A DNA stretch of 64,000 nt from Lytechinus pictus (taxonomy: Eukaryota), in contig NC_087252.1 of assembly GCF_037042905.1 (NCBI RefSeq), positions 24,306,001-24,370,000 on the forward strand, in the 5' to 3' direction. Shown here piece by piece: positions 51,725-64,000 of the stretch. A program made the position numbers and the translations under genes. Position 1 is the first letter of the stretch; the number at the start of each line of letters is the position of its first letter. Below the pieces are notes generated by a model. That model was not told the origin of the DNA. It saw only the letters and a list, made by a program, of their open reading frames with translations, and made no database searches.

Positions 51725-51823
51725 GTATGTTTGCACTCGGTTCATTGTCTGTCATTCACCATACACGATTTTAGTCATCAATTGAATGAGTTGATTCAAT
51801 GAGTTTGTTATTGAGTCGGGGCT

Positions 51824-52330
51824 CTGATTTCTGCTAACTTTGCTGAAAGAGAAATGGGGGGGGGGGGGGGGGCTAGGAGAACAGACATACCTGTAAGGAT
51901 GGGAAGAGAAATAGAGTCAATAAAATTCATTTTAAAGGAAGGAAGACTTTCTTTTTATTAACTTTAAGTATTCTGATTTTCTGTTCACTTTGCTGAAAGA
52001 AAAGGGAAATAGGGGAGGGGCAAAGAGAAAGGGGTGGGGTAAAAAGATTAGACAGAAGAGTGTGTGGGGGGGGGGTCATGCGGGAAAAAGGGAAATGAAG
52101 GAAATTCATGAGAGCTTTAAAAGGGTTCTGATTTCTGTCAACTTTGCTGAAAGAAAATGAAAATTAGGAGGGGCAAAGGAGAAGGGGGTGGGGTAAGGAA
52201 AATAGATAGAAGGGGGTGGGGGTCATGTAGGAAAAAGGGAAATGAAGGAAATTCATGAGAGATTTAAAGGGTTCTGATTTTTGTCAACTTTGCTGAAAGA
52301 AAAGGGAAATGGGGGGGGGGGGGGGGGGAG
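51824..52330 (+). repeat. Purine-rich tandem repeat, ~4 units of ~145-155 bp
   Basis: TCTGATTT..G..(A/C)ACTTTGCTGAAAGA recurs near 51824, 51972, 52128 and 52272. Confidence 0.85.
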
Positions 52331-53879
52331 GCAAACGAGGGCGGGGAAAGAGAAATATGCACCAAGAAGGGAAAATAATAAGGGAAAGTCATAAAATAAA
52401 GTACATGTACTGTAGTTAAATGTCTGGGTAGTAACAGATGAAAAGGAAAATAGACGACAAACATCTTTAGTCAGATTTGACGATTTGGTTTTGTTTGCAT
52501 GACTTCATGTAAATCAAAACAAAATCAAAGGATTTTCACAATTATGAGGAAATTTGTCCAATCCATTTTCATGCCACTTATATGAATTAATAGTTTACAA
52601 CATTACATACATTTAATAGGTACGGTTTATTGAAAGAGGACTGAACATTACTCTTGAATAATGTTGACATTCATGATTCTTTACATTGCCAAAAAAAAAA
52701 AAATACTTCGCGACTTTCCAGGAATCTGAGATGAACGTGACCAATCATGCACCCTGGCTTTAATTTTGAAAAAACTTGGCTCTGACCCATCACCCATTTA
52801 TTCACCTTGAAGTCTAAACCCTGGATATTAGACTTGAACCAACCCACCCTGAGGTTTGCGTGAGGGTCTGGGAAGCGAGGGCAGCAGCAGCTGTAGTCTG
52901 CATGCACAGACCCCTGTCACTGGTCAATCACCAAACAAAGTCTGATCCACACGACTATACCCACTCCATGAAATATTGAACATCATTGGCTCTGTTATAC
53001 AGCTGCTCCCTACTGAGTAAGCGATCTGCTGAGCTAGGCTTTCCTCAATACTATTTGGGATTTTATTTTTGTATCGTGTTATGTCAGAAGGTGTAGACTA
53101 GATTGCATGGTAAGCAAATAAATAGAGCTTGGACTTGAGCCAAGGCAATGGATGTGTTGGAATGGACCCTGGATAAAACATGCCCAGCTGGCTTTGGCTC
53201 AGGGTCAACATTAGTTTACATGCACAGACCCCAGTATGTAAAAACAAGTTATAAAGCGGTCTGGATGGTAGACTAAATCAGATGGATTAGGATCAGGGCA
53301 TGCGCCTGCAATCCAGGCTGTGTGGGGAAGTTGCAAGTTGATTCAGAGGTACGAGGTTTGAGCCCTAGTCACATCTTTCAGATATCAACGTTAAAGATCG
53401 GTCCCAGATGTACATGTAAATAATCATATCTAATTGATACATGTCTGTAAAAACTCAAACAAACAGATTGTGTATTCTCTCTTGCCGAAACCTGTCTTTG
53501 TAAATACTCTCTTTAAGTTTTATGAAGTTCATGAAAGTGCTAAGAGGGTCTGAACCTGGATAGACTGTTCAGTTGGCTGAAATGAAGCCTGTACAGTATG
53601 ATGTCAGTTACGGTAAGTCTTTGATTGCAGACACTTAAGTAGAGGGTGGCCATGTGTGGATGCAAGTGGAAACTTTGCAAATGGCCCATCATGCTATGGG
53701 CCTGTTGGAAAAAGAGTTGTGATCGAACGCAACTCCAAGGATCAATCGCAACTTGACTTTCAACCAGTGAAATGCATGTATTGATAATGATACTAGCTGT
53801 TAAGCACTTTTTGCCAGAGGAAACAAAGTGCTGTGTGTGTGTGTGTGTGTGTGTATTTTAGTTTTTGTCAGACGTGTAT

Positions 53880-54105
53880 CAATGCTGTTGTTAGTACCCC
53901 GGCTTTTAATAGCTGTGCTGCCACGTAGGCACTGAAGCAGTCAAGGAATTTCTTCCTACCGTTTACCCATTCACCTCACCCGGGTGGAGTGCAGCACAAT
54001 GTGGGTAAATTTCTTGATGAAGGAAAACACGCCATGGCTGGGAATTGAACCCATGTCCCTTGGATCGGAAGATGAGAGTCACAACCACTAGACCACGACG
54101 CCCCC
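53880..54105 (-). mobile_element. tRNA-derived SINE
   Basis: The minus strand reads GGGGCGTCGTGGTCTAGTGG (A box), GGTTCAATTCCC (B box), then GCTGCACTCCACCCGGGTGAGGTGAATGGGTA. Confidence 0.8.
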
Positions 54106-56593
54106 ACTCTATGCAACGGTCACGCTTTTTCTTCACAGTAGGGTGTTTTGGGTCTGCAATCAACTATTCCTCATGAATGATTGAGATTTTGAAATTCTAG
54201 TCAAGCCTGTTCACATTGTCAAATGGACAGTGGGTTCAGTTTTCATTGCGAAAAATCCATTTTTAAAAAGCTCTGAGATTGACCTTAATATTGACACCAT
54301 GTCTCGATGAATCATTGAGACCAAGAAATTCTTCCATGCGTGCTTGTAGGTCGGTGTCAGGTTATTGGAGGATAATAGAGTTTATGAGTCAGAATATTTC
54401 AGGTTTGCAATCAACCCATTATTCTTGGGTATGAATGATTTAGATGAGAAACCCCAGGTTGAGCCTGTTCGCACTGTAAGGTTCGCATTGGGCTAGGAAT
54501 CGCGAGGAGATGCTCTGAGGTGTTTTGGCTCGGTCATTACGTTGTACATGATTTAGGTGCTTTAAATAGACCTTCACATTACCGTCATGGCCTGTGGGCC
54601 AGGCTGCTATACCAACTTCAAAAAGAGGTATCAAAGAGAATTCCTTGATGGATATCTTGGTGATATCTCAAAATCAACCTCATTTCTATAATAAAAGCGA
54701 TGGAGGAATATGTACTGTATGTAATCTGGCCTAACATTTCAATCTTTTATAGGGCTCGGCCACTTTTCATAAGGGTACAGTTTTCATCTTATATTACAGC
54801 ACAAATAGGGAAAAATAAAAAGGCACAAGAATCTTAAAGGCCAGTTAAAGGGGCATTGAGGCCACTAAATAGGACTTCGTCTTTGCATCGGTATGTATGT
54901 GCCCCTGCCCCCCCTCCCGTACCCCTTTAGTTTGCAGGCTCAGACCCTGATTGAAACTTTGATCAACAAGTGGGTCTTCACACAAGACTAGCAAGCATAG
55001 GCACGCATTCAAACCACTTAAACTTGAGTGAAAGGTTTGCATATAGCAGACTAGTACCCCCTACCCTTCCTTGGAAAATGGCAGCTGAGGAGGATTCCGG
55101 ATGAAAACACGGCCAAAAGTGGCTCATACTTTTGTAAGCGCGCCATCTCATGAAGATGTGAAAGATCCCTTGATGTGTGAGCCAAACACAGGAACTTCAA
55201 CGAACACTCTTACCAGGATACCTCGTTATGGACAGTAACCATGGTAACGGGACAGGATGGCCATCCCAAGGAGGCGATATTCTTGGAACAGTAGCTAGAA
55301 CAGATATTCTGTATTGTATACTACTTTTCTTTCAGATGTCAATCTTTTATAATCTTTGTATTGTATTTTTGACTGGAAATGAAACTAAAGAATTCAGTGG
55401 GTCTTATCCTATACATCTCCCTGTTCCATTTTTTCATCCTTATTTTCAGTCTGTGTTACTTCCCTTGTTATCTTTCACAGTTCTTTCTTCTTTAATATTT
55501 CCCTTTAAGTTAACTTTTTGAGTTTTGCATCCAGAATTAAAACTACTTCAAGGAAATGGTGAACACGAAAGAATTTTCCTATCTTTTTACCTGACAACTA
55601 TAAGCTACTAAAAGCCCTGTGAGCTTAATTGGCCAGTACCAAATTTGCGATGAAAATTACTAATAAGGTGTTTTGTTGAAATGCTCCCCTTACCAATGCA
55701 CATGTTTTACATATAAATGTATTCTGTTCGATTTCACATGAGCAAGAATAAGTGTATTAAGATGTTAAGACTGGTTATTTGTTAGTAAGGTCCATGCCTA
55801 AAGGAAATAAACTGCATCTCTCGTCATATGTACAAATAATCATTTTTAGTCCCCCTTTCAAAAAAATTGATTTTTCCTCTTTTACTCACCCAACTATCAA
55901 TTTTCGTTCAGATATTCTGCCCTCCTGCAGAATTTATCCAATTTAAAAGTTCACCACAAAAATGCTTATCTATAGATACGGTATATGCCTACCGCTGAAA
56001 GAATTTTATGTTTTTCATGCTATTTATTTGGTTAATTGCATTTAAATCTACTTTCAATTCTTCATTCATTTTGTACAGACAGATGGTCTCCTTTGGAAAT
56101 CAAATTCTCAGCTCTCTTTTTAGAATTGATATGATCAAAACCATATGGGTACCATCCAAGATAGTTTTTGATTCTCCTCAAATCTTTCCCTCATGGTTAT
56201 TCAAAAGCATTTATGAAGTTGGCATTTGCCAAGATTGATGAGTTTTTGTTTACGTTTTGCAGCTAAATTTGTCAAATTTCTATTACTTCTGATTGATAAC
56301 TTCAGTGAGCCTGTAAACAAACAAATAAAAAATGGCTAATTGTGCACTAAAAATAAAATTTATTTTGGATTTCTTTGATGTACCATTATAGTGAAATTAT
56401 TGCATTCAGTTACTTGTTTTTCAGAGTAATAGTTTAGTTGAATCCTTACATAGAGTCTCTTTTTAGGAAGTCAAAATTAGCAAATGTTTACCTATATTTT
56501 TCTTTATTGGGGTGCAGGGGGGGGGGGAGGGGTGGTGAACCTAAAAAATATTGTAGTCCAATGGCGCATGTTATTAATCAAAGGTAAACGATC

Positions 56594-57062
56594 TTATACC
56601 CCTTTCAAACGGGCCTCTTCATTTTTCCCCGGCGAACTGCTCCGGCACGCAATCCTCACTTCCCCGGCAAAGAAAAAAACACTTGTATGATAAATATCGT
56701 TTGTAAAAAAAAAATTGTATGTTTGAGGGTATTTAACTCTATGGATTGATCGGATCACTCTTATAGCGTGACCTTCCACATTTAGCCACAGAAATAACAG
56801 CTAGCTTGCGCACAGAATCTCATGTCGGGGGATTTCGGGGAGAAAAAAATTTGACCTCTGATGTCATTAAAGAGGAGAAGTTCTCCGGTGAGCTTTGATA
56901 CTGGCCATTTCACTGGCGAGCTTCGCCAGGGAAACCATTTTGCCGGGGAATCTCTCCACCTCCCGAGGTGGAGAAGTTCGCCGGCTGTACCTTTCATGCT
57001 GGACACTTTCCCCTTTGCTGGGGAACTTCACCGAGGGAATGCACAGTATGAAAGGGGTATAA
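56594..57062. mobile_element. Harbinger-like non-autonomous element
   Basis: TTATACCCCTTTCA...TGAAAGGGGTATAA ends with repeated CCCCGGC/GCCGGGG motifs. The terminus resembles the 3409/4122 TIR. Confidence 0.7.
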
Positions 57063-57389
57063 TGGAATCCTCCCCCACTTACTCGCCCCTGTCAATTATC
57101 CCACAGACAAAGGGCTGCATCATGATAAAACATTAATGTCACAGCACTCTACCTTTACATTAAGTGCATCTTCAATATAACTTTGACAGATTAAACACTC
57201 CCACGGTTGTTGTTTTGAGGGGGCTGCAGTGTTTTGGTGTTTGCGCTAAGTAGTTTTGGACAACGCAGAAAAGGTCCTAGGTCACCGCTTTGCAAGACGT
57301 TCTTCACTCAAAGAAAGATGTCTGAATATGCATCCTAAATGCCCAGACTAGGACTTTTGTATAGATGGTCCATCTCTTTTGCACTCATT

Positions 57390-57681
57390 GGCCCGTATTC
57401 TGAAGTCGGGTTTAACTTAAACTCGGGTTGAAAGTTGTGGTTTTAAGTATGGGAAGCCAAAAGTGTCAAAATTCTTATGTTTACTGTGCTCTTTCCTGAT
57501 TCATTGATGGTGAAGACAGTCATCTATTTATACTTCCTAAACAATTATGAATGATTTGAAAGCCAAATGAGCTGAAATATGATACCTGTATGTTAGTGAT
57601 TTATGTAAAAATTGGCTATCCATACTTAAACCACAGCTTTAAACCTAAGTTTAAGTTAAACCCGACTTCAGAATACGGGCC
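57390..57681 (+). mobile_element. Palindromic MITE, copy 1
   Basis: GGCCCGTATTCTGAAGTCGGGTTTAAC...GTTAAACCCGACTTCAGAATACGGGCC. Confidence 0.88.
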
Positions 57682-57699
57682 ATCATGTCTCGCTTTATT

Positions 57700-58095
57700 T
57701 CCAACTGGTCTAATGCCAATTCCTTCATTGACCTACCCATCTACTATATTAGTCTACCATCACTCATCAGTTTGTCCACTATCCACATGGTCTAATCAAG
57801 GAGATATCCACTTCGGCCACTCACTATTTCGTCTAATCACCAGTTGGTCCAATAACCATTTAGCATTTAGTCTAATTGGACCAAGTGTTAATTGGGCGAA
57901 ATGAATGAAAATGAAATGGATATTAGACCAACTGGTTATGAGACAAAATGGCCAAGACGAACTTGTGCTTAGATGAAGTGATTATTGGACCAAATGGCTG
58001 TTAGACAAAGTGTTGATGGACAAAATGGCATTTGACTATTAAAATGAAGGTAGGCAATGTGATGAGTGGAGGAGTTGCCAGTAGACGAATTGGCA
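57700..58095. repeat. Degenerate inverted array of GTCTAA/TTAGAC motifs
   Basis: Left half has CCAACTGGTCTAAT-like units and right half has ATTAGACCAACTGG-like units. Confidence 0.5.
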
Positions 58096-60489
58096 AGTTA
58101 CCCATGTCCCAAGACCCCACTTGTTGATTAAACCGTCAATCACAGTCTGCGCCTGCAGACTAGGTCACTGTGATGCCAAGGGCCCCCTATAAGTGAAAGG
58201 GGGGCATCCACTCTGAAAATTAATTGAACATTGATGGGTGCATAGAGTTGGCATTCCAGCTGAAGATAATGATCATCCATCTTTGGATGAAGTCCATTGT
58301 CCATCTTTGTAATCAAACAGATCTTACCTTTTTTTGATTGGCTATGAGCGTAGTTACAATGGAAGTTGTGATCAGTGGCATACATGTAAAGTGAACATCA
58401 TTGGTTTAAAATAAAAACTGACTTTGAACAGTCCATGAGAAAAGGACATTTCAGAGTTTGATTTTATCAATTAGTTATGCTTTTGTTTGCATTTTCAATT
58501 GCATTTTCATTGATATTGCATCCTGTTTTCACTTTGATTGCACTTTTATTGCATCTGTATGCATTTGTTTCCAAGTCAAAACAACTCTATTATACATGTA
58601 TGATGGATTTAAGTCAAACATAAAAAACAATGTTCCTTGTATTCTTCCGAGTTCATGAAAACCAACTCCACGAGCGTGGAGCGTCCCTGTAAACAGGTGA
58701 GAAGAAAAGTTTGGTCAAGGCATTAATGAATCCATCGCATCGGCACGTCCATCTCATGGATGGGTGACGAGTTGATTCTTCAATATTTGTCGACAATAGC
58801 CATCTGATTAGACCGCACGCAGATCAGGTGAGATGTGACAAAGCCGAGCTATATTTAAATGCGATTAAATCACAGAACCCTAGAAATTCTCTCTCCCACC
58901 AGGGTTGTAACGACGACGACGACGACAACGTCCTCCCCATTTGCATGCTAAATACAGTTTGAAATAGGAGATTGGGGAAGAAAGCAAGCATAGCGTGCAA
59001 TGTTTACGTTTATGCTCTCTATGAAGAAGTCACTGTAGAAGTTTACATCATTGAATGTGGTCTGTCAACATAGCGATTGTAGTGTATTCGAGGAGGCGTG
59101 ACCTAGCAGGCGAACGCTTGCTCCTCGTTGGACGATGTCGTGGTGGGTTGGCCCTCGCCGCCGGTGTATAACCCAGACCTAGTTTTGCCCGGGAATTTTA
59201 TTTATGTAGCAACACCCAGGCAGGAAACTAGCTAAAGGTCAAAGTTCATCTGTCGGTTAGTCTGCTTCCTTTTGCGAATCTATTAGCCTTTTCCTTTCAT
59301 GTACTGGATGTGTGGGAAAACAAGCGATGTAATTGAAGGTATTCAGAGAAAGAGAGCGAGATAAAGAGAGAGACAGAGAGAAATGGAATGGTTGTAGACA
59401 ATTTTTTGGGGGGATGAGAAAACAAATGCATATGAAACACATTTCTTCAATTGTATTTATCAATATCATTATGTAGGTGCAGAAGATTTTCTGTTATAGG
59501 GGGGAAGAAAAGTTTTCACAGCATCTAGAAAAGATGCCCAACGGTGGGTAGAAGTGCTGTTGAAGTTCTAAAGAATTTTTTAAATGACAAGAAAGGTTAA
59601 CCGTACACTTGTCAATGAGAAATAAGAAAGTAATAATGATACTTTATAATTGCGTAGGAAAGGGAGATGTGCTATTACAGGTGAAGGAAAAAAAAAATCC
59701 CATTACCTCCAAAAGATGCATTTAAAGTGCTAAAATTTTTAATGGTGGTGTTGAAGTTAAAAAAAAAAATGAAAGAATGCCAATGGATGACACTTCTTAA
59801 TGAGTAAGACTGGGTTAATGTTCGATGAACCGGGGCAAGGTTTGAAGATTTTCAGGTCTTTTAAATCTATTCCCTTGCTCTTGCTCAAGGCCCTGCGTGC
59901 CCTGTAGGGAAATAAGATCTTTCGCCGTGAGCTGAACACGCTTGGCATCAATATCAGCAGACGAACGAAAATCGAGACGGAGCACTTGCCGCCGGAGGAG
60001 GTTCGTCCGTCCGTTTCCTTCAAACACAATTCCCCCTTCTTTTTTCCCCCGGGTGTGTAGGCAGTGTTGTGAATCTCGAAACCATCCTGCATTTGCATTT
60101 AGGGGAGTTCAAACTCGGGTGAGATGATAATTTAGCTTCTGTTGGTTTTTTCCTTGATGACAGAGAGAAAGATAGAGACGGGGAGAAAGGGGTCTAGCAG
60201 CAGGGATGGCGTATGATCGTCTTGGATGTGACTTGCATTTTTGATTGAGAAAAAAAAATGGAATGAGAGATGGAGAGAGAGGAAGAGAAAGAGAGAGAGA
60301 ATGAGTAAGAAACTGGAAAGAAGGAATGAGAGATAGAGACAGACAGAAAGGGAGAGAGAGAGAGACAAGGGGAATTGAAATAGTAAGAACTTAATAAAAA
60401 GGGGAGAGCTAAAGAAAATGATGAGGAAGACGAATGGGAATGGAGGGCAAATAATGTATTAACAGGAGGAGGTGAGGTTTGTAGGCATA

Positions 60490-60798
60490 GGCCCGTTTTC
60501 TGAAGTCGGGTTTAAGTTAGACTTAGGTTTAAAGTTGTGGTTTAAGTATGGACAGCCAATTGTTACATAAATCAGTAACAATAGAGATATCATATTTCAG
60601 CTCATTTGGCTCTCAAATCATTCATAATTGTCTACGAAGTATGAAAAATTATTGTCTTCACCATCGATGAATCAGGAAAGAGCACAGTAAACAGAAGAAA
60701 CATACAACTTAATAAAAAAATGATACTTTTGGCTTCCCATACTTAACCCACAACTTTAAACCCGAGTTTAAGTTAAACCCGACTTCAGAATACGGGCC
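60490..60798 (-). mobile_element. Palindromic MITE, copy 2 (inverted relative to 57390)
   Basis: Same TIRs; flanked by ATA/ATA. Confidence 0.88.
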
Positions 60799-61744
60799 AT
60801 AGGGGTTAAGAAAAAGTGAATGGGTGTTGAGAAAAGGACTTGGCTTATGTATATTTTGAGAAATGTGTGTGACATATTGAGTGAGAGAGAGAAAAGAAAG
60901 AAAGAAAGACAAACGGAGGATAGAAGAGAAGTGAGACACATGTGAATGAAAGTTGACAAATGAGATGGGTAGGATGGAAAGAAGAAAAAAGAAAAGGTGA
61001 TGAAGCAGGTTCGGGAATATTATCCATTTTCAATTTCAATTTGACTTTGAAATACAGATTACGATACAAACAGATAGTGAAAGACTTTTTTTGCTCAAAA
61101 GAAGAAGAGATTATCCTATTTCGCCTGAGCAGTAAAAACAAAAATTAGTGACGAAGATTGTGAGGAAAGGGAAATATACACAAAAATTTGAACAGTGATT
61201 AGAAGAGGAGGAAGCGGTTTGGATGCTTGCAAATACAAGGAATTGGAACAAGTATTCGGTCATGTTCTCGCAGACGTCATTAATGTACTTTCCGTTTTCT
61301 TTTGCTCGATTTAACCGTAGAACCTGTATGAGACCCCCTCTCCTCGCTGATTGCCGGGCATGTTTTTGACATTATGCAATATTGCAGTTGAATTGTGGAT
61401 GGTGAAACGCACTGAACTTAATGCGAACTTCAGAAGCATATACATTCTCTCACTTTGGGGAGGGCTTAGGTTGTGTTTTTTTACGCGAGACAACTGCTTT
61501 TACTTCTTGACCAGATCCTTCTACGATTAATGAAATCAGTCTGCTTTATCTCTGTTCGTTTCAAGTTGATTAATTTTTTTTTGTAAAGTCATTTTAGAGT
61601 TTAGTTTAGTGTTACGGGCAGTGGTTGGGCTCTGGAGTAGGAATTAAGTGCTAAGGCTGAAAGATGGGAAAGATAGGCTTGTCATTTAATACAAATTCGA
61701 TGCGCTCATTTGGTCAGTGTCCTCGCACTTATAGCTGTTCAGTC

Positions 61745-62344
61745 TTAAAGGAGAATGAAACTCTTGGAGCAAGAAAGCTTTTGTGAAAGCAGAAAAATCA
61801 AAGAATAAGATCAACAAAAGTTTGAGTAAAATAGGACTAGCAATAGAAGAGTTATGAGCATTTGAATGTCAAGATCACTAATGCTATGGAGATCCTCCTT
61901 TTGGCAATGCGACCAAGATCTATGATGTCACAGATCTCCCCTTTTGGACACTCTCCCCTTTTGGACACTGAAAATATACCCCAAAACATCTCTTTTTGCT
62001 CATTCTAATCATATGACAAAATGATTCATCAATGATATAATGTTGTGAAACCTCTGTACTTGTCCTCTCATAAAGAGAACACCTCACCTTGTGATAGACT
62101 ATAAAAGTTAGAATATAAGTGAAATAAGTACTAAAGTAACGAGGGAGTTGTACGTGTGTGACATCACAGATCTTGGTCGCATTGCCAATGGGAGGATCTA
62201 CATGGCATTAGTGATCTCAATATTCAAATGCTCATAACTTTCTCATTATTCATTCAATCTTCCTCAAATTTTCAACAATATGTTTCTTTGATTTTTCTCT
62301 TTGATATGGATTCAGCTGGTTTCATGGGTTTCATTCTCCTTTAA
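61745..62344. mobile_element. TTAA-flanked MITE, family C
   Basis: TTAA-AGGAGAATGAAAC...GTTTCATTCTCCT-TTAA with ~190-bp imperfect inverted arms. Confidence 0.85.
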
Positions 62345-62449
62345 AGTTACCGAATTTGACACTTTTGCGAAGAAACAGTGTAGAAATTATCGTAAAGGAA
62401 AACAATGTGTGCATGGAAATGAGTTAAGAAACTATTATTTGAATAACAT

Positions 62450-62610
62450 AGTAAAAAGAAATTATAAAAGCAGGTTTATTGAAACATTGAAGTAATTATA
62501 TAAAGCAGGATTACATGTATAAAAGAAGGTTTGTAGAAACATAAAAGAGGGTTTAAAGAAGCAGATGGTTTATATAGAAACATATAAAAGAAGGTTTATA
62601 GAAACATGCA
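62450..62610 (+). repeat. Degenerate ~20-30-bp minisatellite
   Basis: Repeated ATAAAAG(C/A)AGGTTT..AGAAAC units. Confidence 0.6.
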
Positions 62611-64000
62611 TTTATGATCACTTAAAGAAAGTTGTAAATAAGCTCCTAGATAAAGGAATAAAAAAATCAAAAGAAGTATAGCTTACAAAGAACATCCCAA
62701 AGAAAAAAAATACAGAAAAGATGCACATGAAATAAATCAAAATGATACACTTTTAATATACTTTAGGATAGATGCTCACCAAAACATATTTGGCTATACA
62801 TGGAGTTGAGTCATCCATTCATAATTGAAAGAAACTTTATCAAATATTCATCATCTATTTTCATCTATTTCTTATTCATCTTGATCATGATATAGAGGGC
62901 AAGTTTCATAGGAAAGTTTGGAGTGAATTTCTACCCCCCCCGATATCTCAGTCTTTCTTCACTTTGCTTTGGTTATACTTATTTATTGTTAATATTTCTT
63001 TCTATATTACTTCTTTATTGTCTTTGCGACTTTTTTTCTTTCTCTTTGTCTATCTTTATTTTTCTCCTTTATTTTTCTCTTTCTTTTCTTCCTCAATAGA
63101 TTATCTTAATATTTTCCTTCACATTTGAGTTTTTCTCTCCCTCATATTTCACATGTCTTTTTCATACTTCAATAAATTTCATCTAGTTGCCCACCTGTTC
63201 TCTTCTCTCCTGTTTTTGTCCTCTCTCTGTCTGTCGGTTGTTCATCTGCTTTGCCCCCTTTCCAAAGTTGCCCTTTCACGTTTCTTCTCCAATCAAGAGT
63301 TCAAAACATTGTGTAATAACACAGAAATAGATCATGAACACCTTTTGCCTTGCATTGGCCAATTTTAATCAGACACGATTTGCGTTATTACTCTTCAATG
63401 AGAGTAATGCGAAGGGTTCTCTGGCCTAAAAATAGAGCGACACTTCACCCAATAAACTTGGTTTAACACATGTTCAGTGTACGACAAATAATGCTCTCGA
63501 TATATCGTGATGAGACAGAATAATTGGCTTGACTATGTAGCTCATATTCTACGTGTAATAGCTCAGGAGAAGCGAGGGGTATACATATATACTCATCAAC
63601 CAATTACAGTAATGGCTCAAAAATAAAAGCAAATATTTCCCCCTTTCGTTCTCTCCTCGAAATTGCTCATATGACGATGACGTCGAGAGTATCCCAGCCA
63701 TGGGTTTGTGAGAGAGGTGCGTTGTCGGGATGACATTGCAAACGATGTGATGTTAAGCCTTGCTCCCAGGCTCTCGGATGTATTATATATTTTCCCCGTC
63801 AGGTGATTTGGATGATTAAAAATCATAATTTCCATGAACATGTATAATTATTCAGAATGCACTGTATGTTCAGACGATGCTCTTGCAGGGCATAAAAAAT
63901 GCATTGATTATGAAAAAGATGGTTAAGTTAAATCAGACTATCCACAGCCAATCTGGATATATTTTTAATCCTTTGAATTTAGAGTGTATAGTTTTCTCCT

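Noticed and set aside
19035..64000. Further cic coding exons (HMG box, C1) and enrichment of Cic binding sites
   Set aside because: No ORF with HMG-box or C1 motifs was seen, although small exons could be missed. Scattered TGAATG(A/G)A words look compatible with chance in AT-rich DNA.

Overview
AT-rich, repeat-dense eukaryotic DNA. The style of the repeats suggests a marine invertebrate such as a sea urchin; this is inference only. The window holds two real coding loci. (1) The right part of an apparently intact autonomous PIF/Harbinger transposon (1-~3270): a three-exon DDE transposase on the - strand (431 aa when spliced) and the tail of a convergent second ORF. (2) The 5' part of capicua (cic): a CCAAT/GC-box promoter candidate near 9.7-10 kb and one large CIC-L-type coding exon (17197-18915), followed by >45 kb with no further recognisable cic coding exon but several candidate alternative promoters/first exons. 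The rest is non-autonomous DNA transposons (Harbinger-, hAT-, EnSpm- and TTAA/Kolobok-like), tRNA-derived SINEs and tandem repeats. Most short ORFs in the track are spurious. The best leads are: paralog-supported TA->TACATGTA/TACAGTA insertions that look like pervasive Tc1/mariner excision footprints; a CAGGG-ended element with a 5-bp TSD; a phase-compatible candidate short-isoform first exon of cic; a degenerate minimal hammerhead motif; and a G.U-biased RNA hairpin. I cannot claim a clearly new biological system from the sequence alone.
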